Shown one piece after another: positions 13,878 to 25,928 of a DNA stretch of 64,000 nt (positions are counted from its first letter, which is position 1; every line of letters begins with the position of its first letter). The stretch comes from Octopus bimaculoides (lineage: Eukaryota), in the NCBI RefSeq assembly GCF_001194135.2, contig NC_068985.1, forward strand, positions 92,867,426 through 92,931,425. Direction: 5' to 3'. Under the pieces are notes generated by a model. That model was not told the DNA's origin. It saw only the letters and a list, made by a program, of their open reading frames with translations, and did not search any database. The position numbers were made by a program, and so were the translations under genes.

Positions 13878-15201
13878 TTATATGTACTTCTACACAATTC
13901 CCATTAGTGACTTATGGAGATAGTATTGTTTTCATAAAAAGTTTAGGACAGGATAATGTTGGGATCAGCTTCTGAAAAACTTTGTCTTTGTGGTAAGGGT
14001 TGATAGTATTGTTTGGATAAGGCACTTTGAGCTTAACTAGTCAAAAGTTATACATCGAACTTTAGAAATTAATACATCAAAAGTATAATGATTGAGAATC
14101 TAGGAACATACAGATATTTATTCTATGACATAAGCATCACAAGCCTCATGAGATGCTGAATTGCTTTGGATGAAGATATGTTTTCTGTTCATTTATCAAT
14201 GAATAAATGATTAAATGAAAGCACAAGGCGGGTGTTTGAAAAGAAGAATCTGGAATGTCAGATGATGTATATATACTGGATTTAAATCTAGTTGTTTTTC
14301 TCCATTATATTTAGTTATGCCGTTATTTTCTCTTTTACATTCATAGAAAATTTTGAATTTTGTAGATTAATTAGGCATAATTGTAAGAAAATTTAATTTA
14401 GTATGTCAATGAAATGAATGTAAAGATTAACACATAATTTCTCTTCTCTCCATAATTTTAAATTAAGAATATCACTACTTTGCATAATTAACAATGTTTG
14501 TTTTAAATTTTAAGCAGTCTTATTTCATCATTTTATTGTCTGTTTTATTGTATACCTAATGTGATCATGATCTATATCAGCAATAATTTTTTAAAATATG
14601 TTTTGATTATAAAAAAATGTAATTATTTAAATGAATTTGTTTACTAAGCTTCAGAAGATTTTTAACCGGTTTATGTTTAAAATCAATTTTGTCAGAAGTG
14701 GATTATAAACAGTAAAACTCTCAAAAGTACAAAGGAGTTTTATTCAATTTTTTCATTGTTACAAAATAGAGATTAAGATTTATCCACTTCAAAAGTAGCA
14801 CTAAATCTGTATAAAAATTACAAGTTAATCTTCTACACAACAATAAAGAGTATACATTGTTTTACGCAGTTTGTGTGTATGCATGTAGATATGTTTGTCT
14901 GATTATATGATATCGAAACTGTTCCAACTGTGTGTGTAATAAAACGATACATTAAAACTTCTGTAACTGTTTGAAATAATTCATTTTATTTATTTATTTA
15001 TTTTTTGTTATCTTGAATTATTCTTTGAGTTTACTAAATTTTTGAATTGTGAAGAAGATTTGCAATCTATATCATTTATTTTACTCACATTTTCATTTTT
15101 GTGTTGAATATATATATATTATATTGCTAACTCATTTATATTGAAATAGTATTTACATTATTTACATTTGATGGATCTTTATCCTCATCTTGTTTGTTGT
15201 T

Positions 15202-15249
15202 AACACAATGTTTTGGCTGATACACTCTCCAGCCTTTATCAGGTGTCTT
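15202..15249 (-). ncRNA. Degenerate minimal type I hammerhead ribozyme (left arm)
   Basis: The minus strand reads AAGACAC-CTGATAA-A-GGCTG(GAGAGTGTAT)CAGCC-AAAAC-ATT-GTGTT, which is two core substitutions away from CUGAUGA/GAAA. Confidence 0.4.
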
Positions 15250-15381
15250 GGGGAAGTTTTGAACCTTGGTTCTCATTCCTAAGGTATTTTTCGATGTTAT
15301 TATTTATGTCACTGCCTGGAAATTGAACTTGGAATCTTGGGGTTAGTAGCCCACGCTCTTAACCACCACACCATATGTCCA

Positions 15382-15453
15382 GGCATACAATGTAGTGGTT
15401 AAGAGCGTGGGCTACTAACCCCAAGATTCCGAGTTCAATTCCAGGCAGTGACC
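15382..15453 (+). ncRNA. tRNA-like Pol III head (right arm); mirror copy on minus strand at about 15308-15379
   Basis: A-box-like GTAGTGGTT, anticodon-like loop GTGGG-CTACTAA-CCCCA and B box GAGTTCAATTCC. The acceptor stem is poor, so this is a SINE-type head, not a functional tRNA. Confidence 0.65.
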
Positions 15454-15526
15454 TGCATAATAATAATTAATAATAATAACATCGAAAAATAGCTTAGAAA
15501 TAAGAAACCAGGTTCGAAATTTCACC

Positions 15527-15574
15527 AAGACATCTGATGAAGGCTGGGGGGTATATCAGCCAAAATTTTGTGTT
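15527..15574 (+). ncRNA. Degenerate minimal type I hammerhead ribozyme (right arm)
   Basis: Reads AAGACAT-CTGATGA-A-GGCTG(GGGGGTATAT)CAGCC-AAAA-TTTT-GTGTT. CUGAUGA and helix II are intact and helix I GACAT/GTGTT can pair. GAAA is seen as AAAA. Confidence 0.5.
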
Positions 15575-15949
15575 AACAACAAACAAGATGAGGACAAATA
15601 TCCGTCAAATGTAAATAATGTAAATAATGTACATAATTCCTCATCTCTTAAATATAGAACCGAAATAGTATATATCTTATGGTATTTCATTTAAATATGT
15701 CTGTATTGAAAGATCATCATTTTGGATCAGATTTTGGTTTGTCCTAAGTAGAAACAAATTATATTTCTATACAGCCCTTCTGTCTAACACAGAACACTTG
15801 GGAAATGGCCATGATTTTGGTCAATATGCAGCAGAAAGAGTAGGTAGAAATTGCATATGTGTACCCGATATAAACTATGGTTGCACATGGAATGCTGTGG
15901 GATTACAGGCTGACAGGGGGCTTTGTGTGTAATAGAAGCAACAATAGCA

Positions 15950-16240
15950 CTCATGAAATGAATTGGTCCCAGTATTCTGAAGGCATAGGAGCCAGAGTAA
16001 GAATGGGATGAAAAAAATTTAGAGAATTATTACCTCTGCTGATAACAGAGACTCGTTCTCTTAGTTTAGGGCAGAATGTACAACTGCTGTGTACCAAGTG
16101 CAATATTGCAGGGTAGTGAAACAGGACTTTGCAGTGGATGTCCAAAAGCTGGAAACAAATGCAGCTAGCATGCTCTGCTGTATGTGTAATGAAAGTGTGA
16201 ATGAATTACAGCGAACAAATCACTTGAGAGATAAAGACAA
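15950..16240 (+). mobile_element. RTE-clade LINE ORF2 fragment (post-RT region)
   Basis: Translates as ARVRMG*KKFRELLPLLIT..SAILQGSET..ASMLCCMCN, matching the RTE pattern RIxxAWxKFRELLPLL / GSETW. Contains stops and frameshifts. Confidence 0.75.
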
Positions 16241-16559
16241 TCAGCTGTAGTTTGCAAAAGTGGATCCTGAAATGCTGTAGGATTTTCAGATGCTGTCCTA
16301 AATTTAGAATGCTTGAAAGCAATAAATTATTTTTTATACAATATCTTTAAATGCAGAAAGAAAATGAACTCAAAACCCAACTTGGAACATGACTCTTGTA
16401 ACCTAAGCATTCTTTCTTTGTTTTAAACTTTTCAGAAGACTCGTACCATTTCTTTCAAAGTACAGGATTCTCAGGATGTTAGACTAGCATTGCATTCACT
16501 TTAACATCATTAATTACATTGCCCCCTACAAGTGTTCATCAGCACTAAGCTATTTTATG

Positions 16560-17150
16560 CTCTGATGGAATTTTCTCTCCAACTAATACGTTCTTCCTGG
16601 CATCTTTTAAAATAAGCCAGTCAGATTACCATTTAAAATGTATGAAGCAGTTTTAGTCCCTTCTTCAATGATGTCAGCACAAGTTTGAATAAAATTTGCT
16701 GCAGCTCTTTCACCTGCAATAACTATTCCTTTGGTCAGTTAAAGGTTATGCAAAGCCACCGTTTTCATGAACTTTCAAATCTTTCTTTGCTTGTTAGAAA
16801 TTCTGAAGATCTAAGTATTTCTTATATTCTGCATATAAACTTTATAGCCTTACTCTAAAATTATAACAAAACTCACTGGAGCATATTGCTATGTTCTTCA
16901 GCAATTTATACTTTTAATGAACTCTCCAGTTTTACTATATATATGCCTTGTGGGTTTTTAAATTCTTTTTTGTATATAATTGGTGCTTTCATATTTCCTA
17001 TGTTACACAAATTTTTTTTTCCTGGTTTTATTATAAACTGAAGACACAGTTGATTTGCTCTTGTTTAAAGCCCTGTTTATTGAAAATTGAGATTAGCTGT
17101 TTCTGAATGGTTTATAATATCCATCTTTAATTCTATTGTATATTAATTTT
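16560..17150 (-). mobile_element. Tigger/pogo-like transposase fossil
   Basis: The minus strand gives IELKMDII..SKSTVSS (HTH-psq-like) near 17040-17150 and AANFIQTCADIIEEG..ILNGNLTGLF*KMPGRTY near 16590-16710, matching pogo FNxDETGLFWKxMPxRTY. TIRs were not found. Confidence 0.65.
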
Positions 17151-18538
17151 ATGTGGCTTACACTTCTTTAAGCTAGTACACTTCTTTCCATTAGTATCAT
17201 CATTTTTACATTTTATGCTCATTTTTCTTTAGTCAATATAGGTAATAGGTCTTGTATACTTAAAAGCCTTCAGATGCTGCTTTTGTATAATAGTACTATA
17301 TAATAGCACTGTGTAATAATGTGCAATAATGTTCTTTTACAAACATAAATGACTGGAAAATCATATATGGGAATATTATATACACCCTTAGATTTCAATC
17401 TACAGAAAGAACATTCTGCACATGCTGATGACTTTCTCTTTAAATGAATAAAATAATTATACCCCTACTTTTTTTTATGTATTGTAATATTCTACAACAG
17501 TGTTCCATTAAAAATTAAGTGAAGTTGAAGAATTTCTAGATGCAATGAAGTTCACTAATAAATGTTCAGATGTCCAAATTAGGGCATTAGTTTATCTGGC
17601 CTCAAATGTGGAAGTGTACAAAAGCCAAACAGATGCAGTGTGTGTGTGTGTGTGTGTGTGTGTACTGTAGTCATGTTCATAGTCACTAGAAATAGCTGTT
17701 TTCATTCTAGTATATTATATGTAATCATTTTCTCCTGTCACTTGTACTTCAAAAATGATGCTCTTTTTCTTCCTCACTTGATGCAGATCCTTTCTATTTT
17801 GGGTTCATATTACCTTAACTATGTCTCTATGGCATGACATTGTATTTGAAAGATAAATAAAAGAGAAAAATCTTTTATTTAACCTTTGTGGTTCATATGG
17901 TTAATCTTCTCTTAAAGTAACATGAAGAATTGTATTTTCCTGACTTTTTCTTACATTTTATTACTGTATGCCATTTCTAACAAAATTCTGATTTACATTT
18001 GAGATGTTCAAAGGATATCTCTGCTGAGTTTGCGTAATATATTTCATATATCAGATTTTCCGATATCCACTTCATGTGATTTTATGTTAGGAAGTGGCTT
18101 TAAAGTGTCACTGAAAGTATTGAAATAATATTTAAAATTCAAACAATAATAATGTTATATTGGAAAAGTAGTAATGATAATAATTATCATCAAATAAAAG
18201 CTATTTTCAGTAGACTATCTCTTAAGTAAGTAAATCCTGTTTGTTGTAAGATACTGAATTTCTCAAGTGTTACTATAGATATGTAGTCACGAAACTGTCA
18301 TCTCATTAAGATAAATTTCACACTTAATGTCATAACACTTTTTCTGGTTTCATACACTTGTAACTTAAATACTGCCTGTTATTAGCAAGAAAATGTCTGA
18401 TATAGTTTCAACCAACAACCAGTAAAATTGCTCAACTAATTCTCTTAAATTTTTGTGTATCGTTCCTTATGATTTATATTTATTTATTTCTTGAATCAGC
18501 ATGTATTAAATTATATATTTTTTTTCTGTTTGTTTCAG

Positions 18539-18585
18539 GTAAGCCTGCAATATTTCCTCCCTCCTTGAAATACAATTGTAATGAG
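18539..18585 (+). other. Candidate 47-nt micro-exon / recursive splice site
   Basis: The acceptor TTTTTTTTTCTGTTTGTTTCAG (AG at 18537-38) is followed directly by GTAAGC, and a second donor GAG|GTATGT lies at 18586. One frame is open: xKPAIFPPSLKYNCNE. The protein is not recognised. Confidence 0.4.
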
Positions 18586-19490
18586 GTATGTTGATTGAGA
18601 CAGTTTAAATGTGCTATTGTTTTCTTCACAGGTTTCCTTTATAGACTTCTGCATTTTTACCTTTAATTTTTCTTTCAAAGTGAAATTTTTAGCATTGTAC
18701 GCAGAATTGTTCTAACATAATGAAAAGTGAACGAATCAACTATCTTCGTGCTAACTGATTCCATTCTTTCCTTGAATAAAGATCAACACACTATTGTTTC
18801 AGTAATGAATGATATAAAATTACCATTATTAGAATCTTTTAATCTCTCACTTGTTTAGTGCACCAGCTATAGCAGCAATATTAGCTGCAATAATATCCAT
18901 TGTTATTTTGCTACCCTCCTTAAGCACATATACTTTAGTGATTAATATACATTTTAGTTCATTTTCACTTAGATTTATGTTGTATTTATGTTTCATATAC
19001 TCAGGAATATTTAAACATTTTTTTAAAAATTTCTTTTCTCTCAAGGAGTATATATTTAAAGTGAATCTCTCTGAATACATAAGATAATCCAGGCAATTGA
19101 AAAATAGCAACATCTTACAAAATAGAAGTGAAATTATATTTGAGAAATAAACAATAAGTTTCTGCTTGTAGATAACTTTTCATGGATGATAAATACATAT
19201 TTGGAATGTGTAATTAAGGAATTACAATTAAACTGGATAGCATTGAAATATTTAGTTTATTCTGATTGATTTAAATAATCTTAAATTAATTCAATAGTAG
19301 TGCCACCCCAGATATTATGAGCAAAGGCACTTCTAAAAGAATATTAGTTTGTTACACATTTGTCTTAAGACTTCTGTATGAATTTTATTTTAGAGTCAGA
19401 AATATGATGCAAACCTGTGTGAAGTTTTCTTGCACTAAAATTGGGTTATAAGTGGAAGAGCAAACAAGAAAAAATGTGGTTTACTATAAT

Positions 19491-19870
19491 CATGGCACTC
19501 CGTTGGTTATGACAACAAGGGTTCCAGTTGATCCGATCAACGGAACAGCCTGCTCGTGAAATTAATGTGCAAGTAGTTGAGTACTCCACAGGCATGTGTA
19601 CCCTTAACATAGTTCTCAGGGAGATTCAGTGTGACACAGAGTGTGGCAAGGCTAGCCATTTTAAGTAAAGGTACAGCAGAAACCGGAAGAAAGAACAAGA
19701 GAAAGTTGTGGTGAATGAGTACAGCAGGGTTCGCCATCATCCCCTGCCAGAGCCTCATGGAGCTTTAGGTGTTTTTGCTCAATAAACACAATGCCTGGTC
19801 TGGGAATGGAAACCACGATCCTATAATCACAAGTTCACCTGCCCTAATCACTGGGCCATTGTGCCTCCAC
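19491..19870 (-). mobile_element. tRNA-derived SINE, family C, full length with 8-bp TSD
   Basis: Reverse complement of the family at 43195-43579. ACTATAAT is repeated at 19483-19490 and 19871-19878. Confidence 0.9.
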
Positions 19871-21032
19871 ACTATAATAACTAATGGTTATGTAGTGGAT
19901 AATATTTGAAATGTTTGCTAAAAGAAAGGAAAAGCAAACATGGCACTGGACTTTACTAACATGTAAATTTTTGCAAAAAATCATTTTTCTAAGGTTGGAT
20001 TATATTTTACTTTTTTGCATTAGATGCACACTGTCATGTGACTTCAGGGAGGTTTGCCATGTCTATATGGGATAAAAAGAAAATAAGAATAAAGGTGTAG
20101 TATGAAAAGGACTTCCAACCCAAAAGGTTCCAAAAAAGCCATTTTCATCTGGCAGTATATGATGGTGTTATCACATAAGCCAGCTTTGCTAGTGGAGGAT
20201 GCTATGGCATTAAAACATGGAGGACAAATAATGAAGGTTGGGAAGACTTACAAATCAAAGGAAGTATGTCTGTAAGATTAGCAAAAAGTGATAAAATGTA
20301 GCTAATTGTAAGACCATCAGAGTAAATGAAATCTAAATGACAGTTAAATGTAAATTCTAGGTGAACTGGAAGTGTTTTAGAATAAATTATTTGAAAGACA
20401 TTGATTGTAGAGCTGTTGGCGTTGTTTTATTGAATATAATTCAATACATACTTGAGCAGATACAGAGATGCTAAGTAGAGTCATTAAGAGAATATCACCT
20501 CATGACAGACATGTAAAAGTTATTCATAGCAATGGAAAAGAATAGTTGTCAAAGTTTGCTTGGTATATATATATATGGGCATTGCCTCAGTCACAGAATT
20601 CCACATTCCTGAAAGTCTTATTACATAGAATTCTGTTACACAAGACATATTTTACCATTGATTTCCATGTTTTAAAATGAGATGTGTTTCTACTGGTTTT
20701 TGTGTGTGTGTGTGTGGTGGAGGTATATTGCACCCACTTTCAATCATGAACATGAAAGTATGAATTTTTCAGTATACAGATTATATGTAAAGACGTTTGA
20801 AGAGAAATATACTAAGGAATATAGTGCTATTGTTTGATAGTATTCTCCACAAATGAGATACTGCTATGTGATAGGTAACACTAGTACTATCGAAGTTTTT
20901 GGTAAGGAAGGGGTACTATCTTCTATTTTGTAGTTCATCATGATTTGCTGCAAAGAGGTGGGGAAAAATCTTATCTTATATAAGTTAGCACTGGATGTTA
21001 ATTAGTGTAGAAGTGAGTATGGATGAGAAAGG

Positions 21033-21035
<3 letters not shown>

Positions 21036-21118
<83 letters not shown>
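21036..21118. repeat. (GA)n microsatellite
   Basis: Read directly from the sequence. Confidence 0.95.
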
Positions 21119-21121
<3 letters not shown>

Positions 21122-21681
21122 AGAAAGGTTGTGACTTCATTAAAAGAGATCATGTGATCAGCGTTTGAGAATGGAAGTTTGGTGATCAAGATATTGGGAT
21201 GAATGATTCATAGAAGGAAATCTGATTTTTAAAGGAAAGAAGAGAAAAAAGAAATGCTTTCTTGATTTCACATGAGCTGAAGGTTAAGCAGTATAAATAT
21301 AAAATTCAACAAAGTGAAATCTTTAATTGTTTAGATTTAAAAATAAATGTTGTAGATAGACACTCTGGGTTACCTCAGGCAAATTTGTTCCATCATTAGC
21401 TTACAAGATTAAGAAGCAGAACCAAAAGCATAAAAGAATTGAATATGGATGGAAATGACAGAAGGCTTGTGTGTGTTTGCGAGAAAAAGAGGTAAACTGT
21501 TGGTATTCTGTCTGAATGCAGAATACTTGATTGGAAAGATTTGTGTTAAAAGGCATAACAATCCCTTGGTATTAACAATATCTTTAGGAAAGGAAAACAG
21601 ATTGGAAACAAATTGTGTAGTTAAAAAAAAGGAATAAAAAAACTATAGCAGACAATAAACAAAAGAAATTCTGGTAAAGAT

Positions 21682-21869
21682 TCTTTTATTTGTTTCAGTC
21701 AATTGACTGTAGCCATGCTGGAGCACTGCCTTTAATCAAATAAATCAACCCCAGAACTTATTTTTTGTAAGCCTAGTACTTATTCTATCGCTAAGTTATG
21801 GAGACATAAACACACCGGCATCGTCAAGCGAAGCTGGGGGGACAAACACACACACACACACACACACAT

Positions 21870-21934
<65 letters not shown>

Positions 21935-22087
21935 TGATAAGCTTCTTTCAGTTTCCATCTACCAAATCCACTCACAAGGCTTTGGTCAACCCGAGGCTTT
22001 AGTAGAAGACACTTGCCCAAGGTGCTGCGCAGTGGGACTGAACCCAGAACCATGTGGTTAGTAAGCAAGCTACTTACTGCACAGCTG
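21682..22087 (-). mobile_element. tRNA-derived SINE, family A
   Basis: Same architecture as 7783-8207, with a (CA)n(TA)n middle. Confidence 0.85.
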
Positions 22088-25055
22088 CCAACATAACATG
22101 GCAGTCCTGGGTTAGGACAAATGTTGCTGTAGTTTAGCCCCAGGAGACATCATCTCCAGCTGGCTATATGCCACGATCTGTGTCCTTATATTTTTTTCGA
22201 ACTGGGGAACCTAGCACCCCGACTCAGCTCAATACAATATCTATGTATCGCGATTTCCAAAGTACTGTTGCTGAATATCTCTCGTTGTGAGATTTACAAA
22301 TAGTAATTTTCTAAAAGAAATTGTTGGAATAAAGTTGCTGTTTATGTATACAAGTATAGAGTACTGAACTGTTTGAAAGTTAAACAATTATTAGAAAAGT
22401 ACTGTTTGTATCAAAATAAATAAGGCTGGATTTCTCTTCCTATAATGGTCAGTAAACTTGGTAGCATGGCATTTTGACCTATGGTTGGTTAGTATGAAAT
22501 ATAAATAATGCACTATACTGCACATTTATCATAGAATACCTACAAAATCCATGAGTATAGTCTATTCATTCCGACAAAAGAATGGAAAAAAAAAAGTACA
22601 TGAAAGACTGAGTACAACTTATTTTTGTCATGTAACTTCTTGGTTCATACCTCACAAACAAAGCAGATACTCCAGAGACCATTGTAAAGCAAAGGATGAA
22701 AGCATGCCTACAGAGAGATATAACCATCCTCTTAGATAACTAGTTCTTTACATACAATGATTTTAAAATAGAATTAAGGTCTAAAAGATATAAATGTCAA
22801 AATTTTGGCAGATTCAGAAGCAATTGGCACTCTTTGCATTTATAATAATAAATTGGTACAAGATTACTGACCTATATGTTTAGATGTTTGGAAAACATCT
22901 GGCAATCTCAAGGTTTCAGAAATATAAGTCTTCCTTTCTGATACATCCTTTATAGAACATTGACCATATGCTAATTCAACTCCAATTTTATACATACACA
23001 CACAAACATGTGTGTGTTTACTTGTTTTCAGCATATGTAATCAGAAACCTGCTCATCATAACTTCTCTTGTATGTATTTTTTGGATGATTGTTTGGCAAG
23101 TGGTTGGTACAGGCAGAGAATAACAATAATAATAATAATAATGATCATTCATCTTGATACTCATGTCCCACCTATATTTGTAATAATAGCAGTAATAACG
23201 CATGAAGAATAATACAGATAACATTAGGAAGAAAGGTTTGGGGCAGTAGTACCAGGTTGAGTAAAGTTATATACAAATATTCCACAACCTTAAAAAATAT
23301 CCATTACCATCAAATGAAATAAGAAACAAAAAAAAAACGCTTTAACATCAGATGTGATAATAAAGAAAAAACAGGCATAAATATGTTTGTGGGTATCTGT
23401 AACTTATTTTTGCATAAAGTTGTGTGGGTTTTTTAAAATTTTTGTTTGTTTATTTCATTGCTCTTTAGTTTGTGAATGTATTGCTAACATCTGCACTGTT
23501 GGCTGACTACCACACAAAAAGTAAATGCACTAATGGAGTGCAAATGAAACCAACTCTACAGTAACTCAACTTGTAACAAATAGTAAAAGAAAAAAAGGTG
23601 CTTGAAGCATTTTTTTAAATTTGATGCTTTAGATAGGACTAAAATTGAAGTATAAAAACTACAACTTTAAGAAATAATCTAAATAAAGGGTCAGATTTTA
23701 TTCTTCACGAAATGTGTGAACAAACAAGATACAGAGAAAAGAACATGACCATATTAAATGAATATCTTAAGTACATTCTGCCTTAGAATACGACTACATT
23801 TTATACTTATATATTGAGTAAATAATCCTGTTTTCTTAGTAACTTTGCCTCTAACATCCTAGTTAATTTAACAAGATTTATCTTAAAGGTGTCAGACGTA
23901 AAAGTAGAAGAAATATATATAAAGAAATACAAACAACAAACGAGAAAGAAGGAAACAAAACAAAATGAGCTGAGCATTTAAATTATGATTACTATAAGCA
24001 TAAACCAGGAAGACAGATTGAATAAATGCAAAATAGACAAACAAATAACTAATAAAATTTGAACTATCATAACAAGAAAAGCAAACAACTACGTACGAAA
24101 AATATAAACAATTAAATATGAGAAAAATTTAATGGCAGACAGATCTAAAGTTGAAATTTGTGCTTATGGCAATATTATAAAGGTGGAAATAGTTAAAGAA
24201 TTAAAATCAATAACTCTTTCAATAGATGAATGAAAGACCTTTTTGAAGTTTAAAAAAAAGTAATGATAAAATAACAACAAAACGAAAATGAAACTATTAT
24301 CTGGATAAAATAGTTATTTGTCAGAATTGGTAGAATGGTGGACAAAGTAGCGTAATTTAGCTGTCAAACTTTATGTTCTGATGTTAACTGTCCCTTTCAA
24401 CAGAATAAGTACTAGTTGCTTACTGGGGCCAATCTTTTCAACAATACTATTTGAAGACGCTCCACTGATGTTAGAAAATCAGTATTGTCAGGATCCAGTA
24501 AATAATTCATGGAATGTCAACTACTGTGGAAATGTGAAAAGAGTTCCTGGTCAAAATATTTGGTATTGGAACAGTTTAAGGTTTAAACAATGTGTAAAAT
24601 CACTGAAGAACAATAAAATTCAGAGCTCTCAACTGTTAATGACAACAGCAAAGATACACAAATGTAAAAGAAAATAAAAATTAAATGCTGCAAAGATATC
24701 AGTTAACAGAAAAGATTAAAATAGTCATTTCTTGAAGTATTGAGAAATAAGATTGCATATTCCACATGAGCATTAACTGTGTAAATTAAGATGGACTGAC
24801 TCTTGATAGGGAAATAGACTAGTTTAGTGAAGTTGGTTTACAGGAAGATTGCCAGTGTGTGTTATAACAAACCATAATCTTCTCTGAAATAAGTTGTAAA
24901 TTACAACAAAATTATTCTAACATGTGCAGGCCATCATTCATACATGTGCACACAAGATCTGCAAGAATATGTGTACAGTGAGTCTGAAACAAGGCTGCTT
25001 GTTCTGATTAGTAATTTGTAATTACTCCCATCCTTGTTAATGCTTTTGCTAATAC

Positions 25056-25195
25056 GGCGTTAGGAAGGGCATCCAGCTGTACAAACTCAGCCAGATCAGA
25101 TTGGAGCCTGGTGCAGCCATCTGGTTCACCAGTCCTCATTCAAATCGTCCAACCCATGCTAGCATGGAAAGAGGACGTTAAACGATGATGATGAT
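25056..25195 (+). mobile_element. RTE-type 3' tail element (short, 5'-truncated)
   Basis: Reads GGCGTTAGGAAGGGCATCCAGCTG..GGACGTTAAACGATGATGATGAT. It is the reverse complement of 62169-62312 and runs into (TA)n and then the gap. Confidence 0.85.
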
Positions 25196-25221
25196 TATAT
25201 ATATATATATATATATATATA

Positions 25222-25928
25222 NNNNNNNNNNNNNNNNNNNNNNNNNNNNNNNNNNNNNNNNNNNNNNNNNNNNNNNNNNNNNNNNNNNNNNNNNNNNNNN
25301 NNNNNNNNNNNNNNNNNNNNNNNNNNNNNNNNNNNNNNNNNNNNNNNNNNNNNNNNNNNNNNNNNNNNNNNNNNNNNNNNNNNNNNNNNNNNNNNNNNNN
25401 NNNNNNNNNNNNNNNNNNNNNNNNNNNNNNNNNNNNNNNNNNNNNNNNNNNNNNNNNNNNNNNNNNNNNNNNNNNNNNNNNNNNNNNNNNNNNNNNNNNN
25501 NNNNNNNNNNNNNNNNNNNNNNNNNNNNNNNNNNNNNNNNNNNNNNNNNNNNNNNNNNNNNNNNNNNNNNNNNNNNNNNNNNNNNNNNNNNNNNNNNNNN
25601 NNNNNNNNNNNNNNNNNNNNNNNNNNNNNNNNNNNNNNNNNNNNNNNNNNNNNNNNNNNNNNNNNNNNNNNNNNNNNNNNNNNNNNNNNNNNNNNNNNNN
25701 NNNNNNNNNNNNNNNNNNNNNNNNNNNNNNNNNNNNNNNNNNNNNNNNNNNNNNNNNNNNNNNNNNNNNNNNNNNNNNNNNNNNNNNNNNNNNNNNNNNN
25801 NNNNNNNNNNNNNNNNNNNNNNNNNNNNNNNNNNNNNNNNNNNNNNNNNNNNNNNNNNNNNNNNNNNNNNNNNNNNNNNNNNNNNNNNNNNNNNNNNNNN
25901 NNNNNNNNNNNNNNNNNNNNNNNNNNNN
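25222..25928. other. Assembly gap (N run)
   Basis: N characters, preceded by (TA)n. Confidence 1.

Larger units (their letters stand above)
15151..15661. mobile_element. Palindromic (fold-back) non-autonomous element with two tRNA-like heads and hammerhead-like motifs
   Basis: The ~225-bp arms are reverse complements (about 88% identity, hand-counted) around a centre near 15380. GAAATAGTA is repeated at 15143-15151 and 15662-15670. Confidence 0.9.

Noticed and set aside
11400-15000. 3'-UTR-like stretch with AATAAA and U-rich tracts
   Set aside because: These motifs are expected by chance at this AT content, and no terminal coding exon was found.
15382-15453. Functional tRNA-Ser(ACT) gene
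   Set aside because: It has no proper acceptor stem or long variable arm and is duplicated inside a repeat. It is treated as a SINE-type head.
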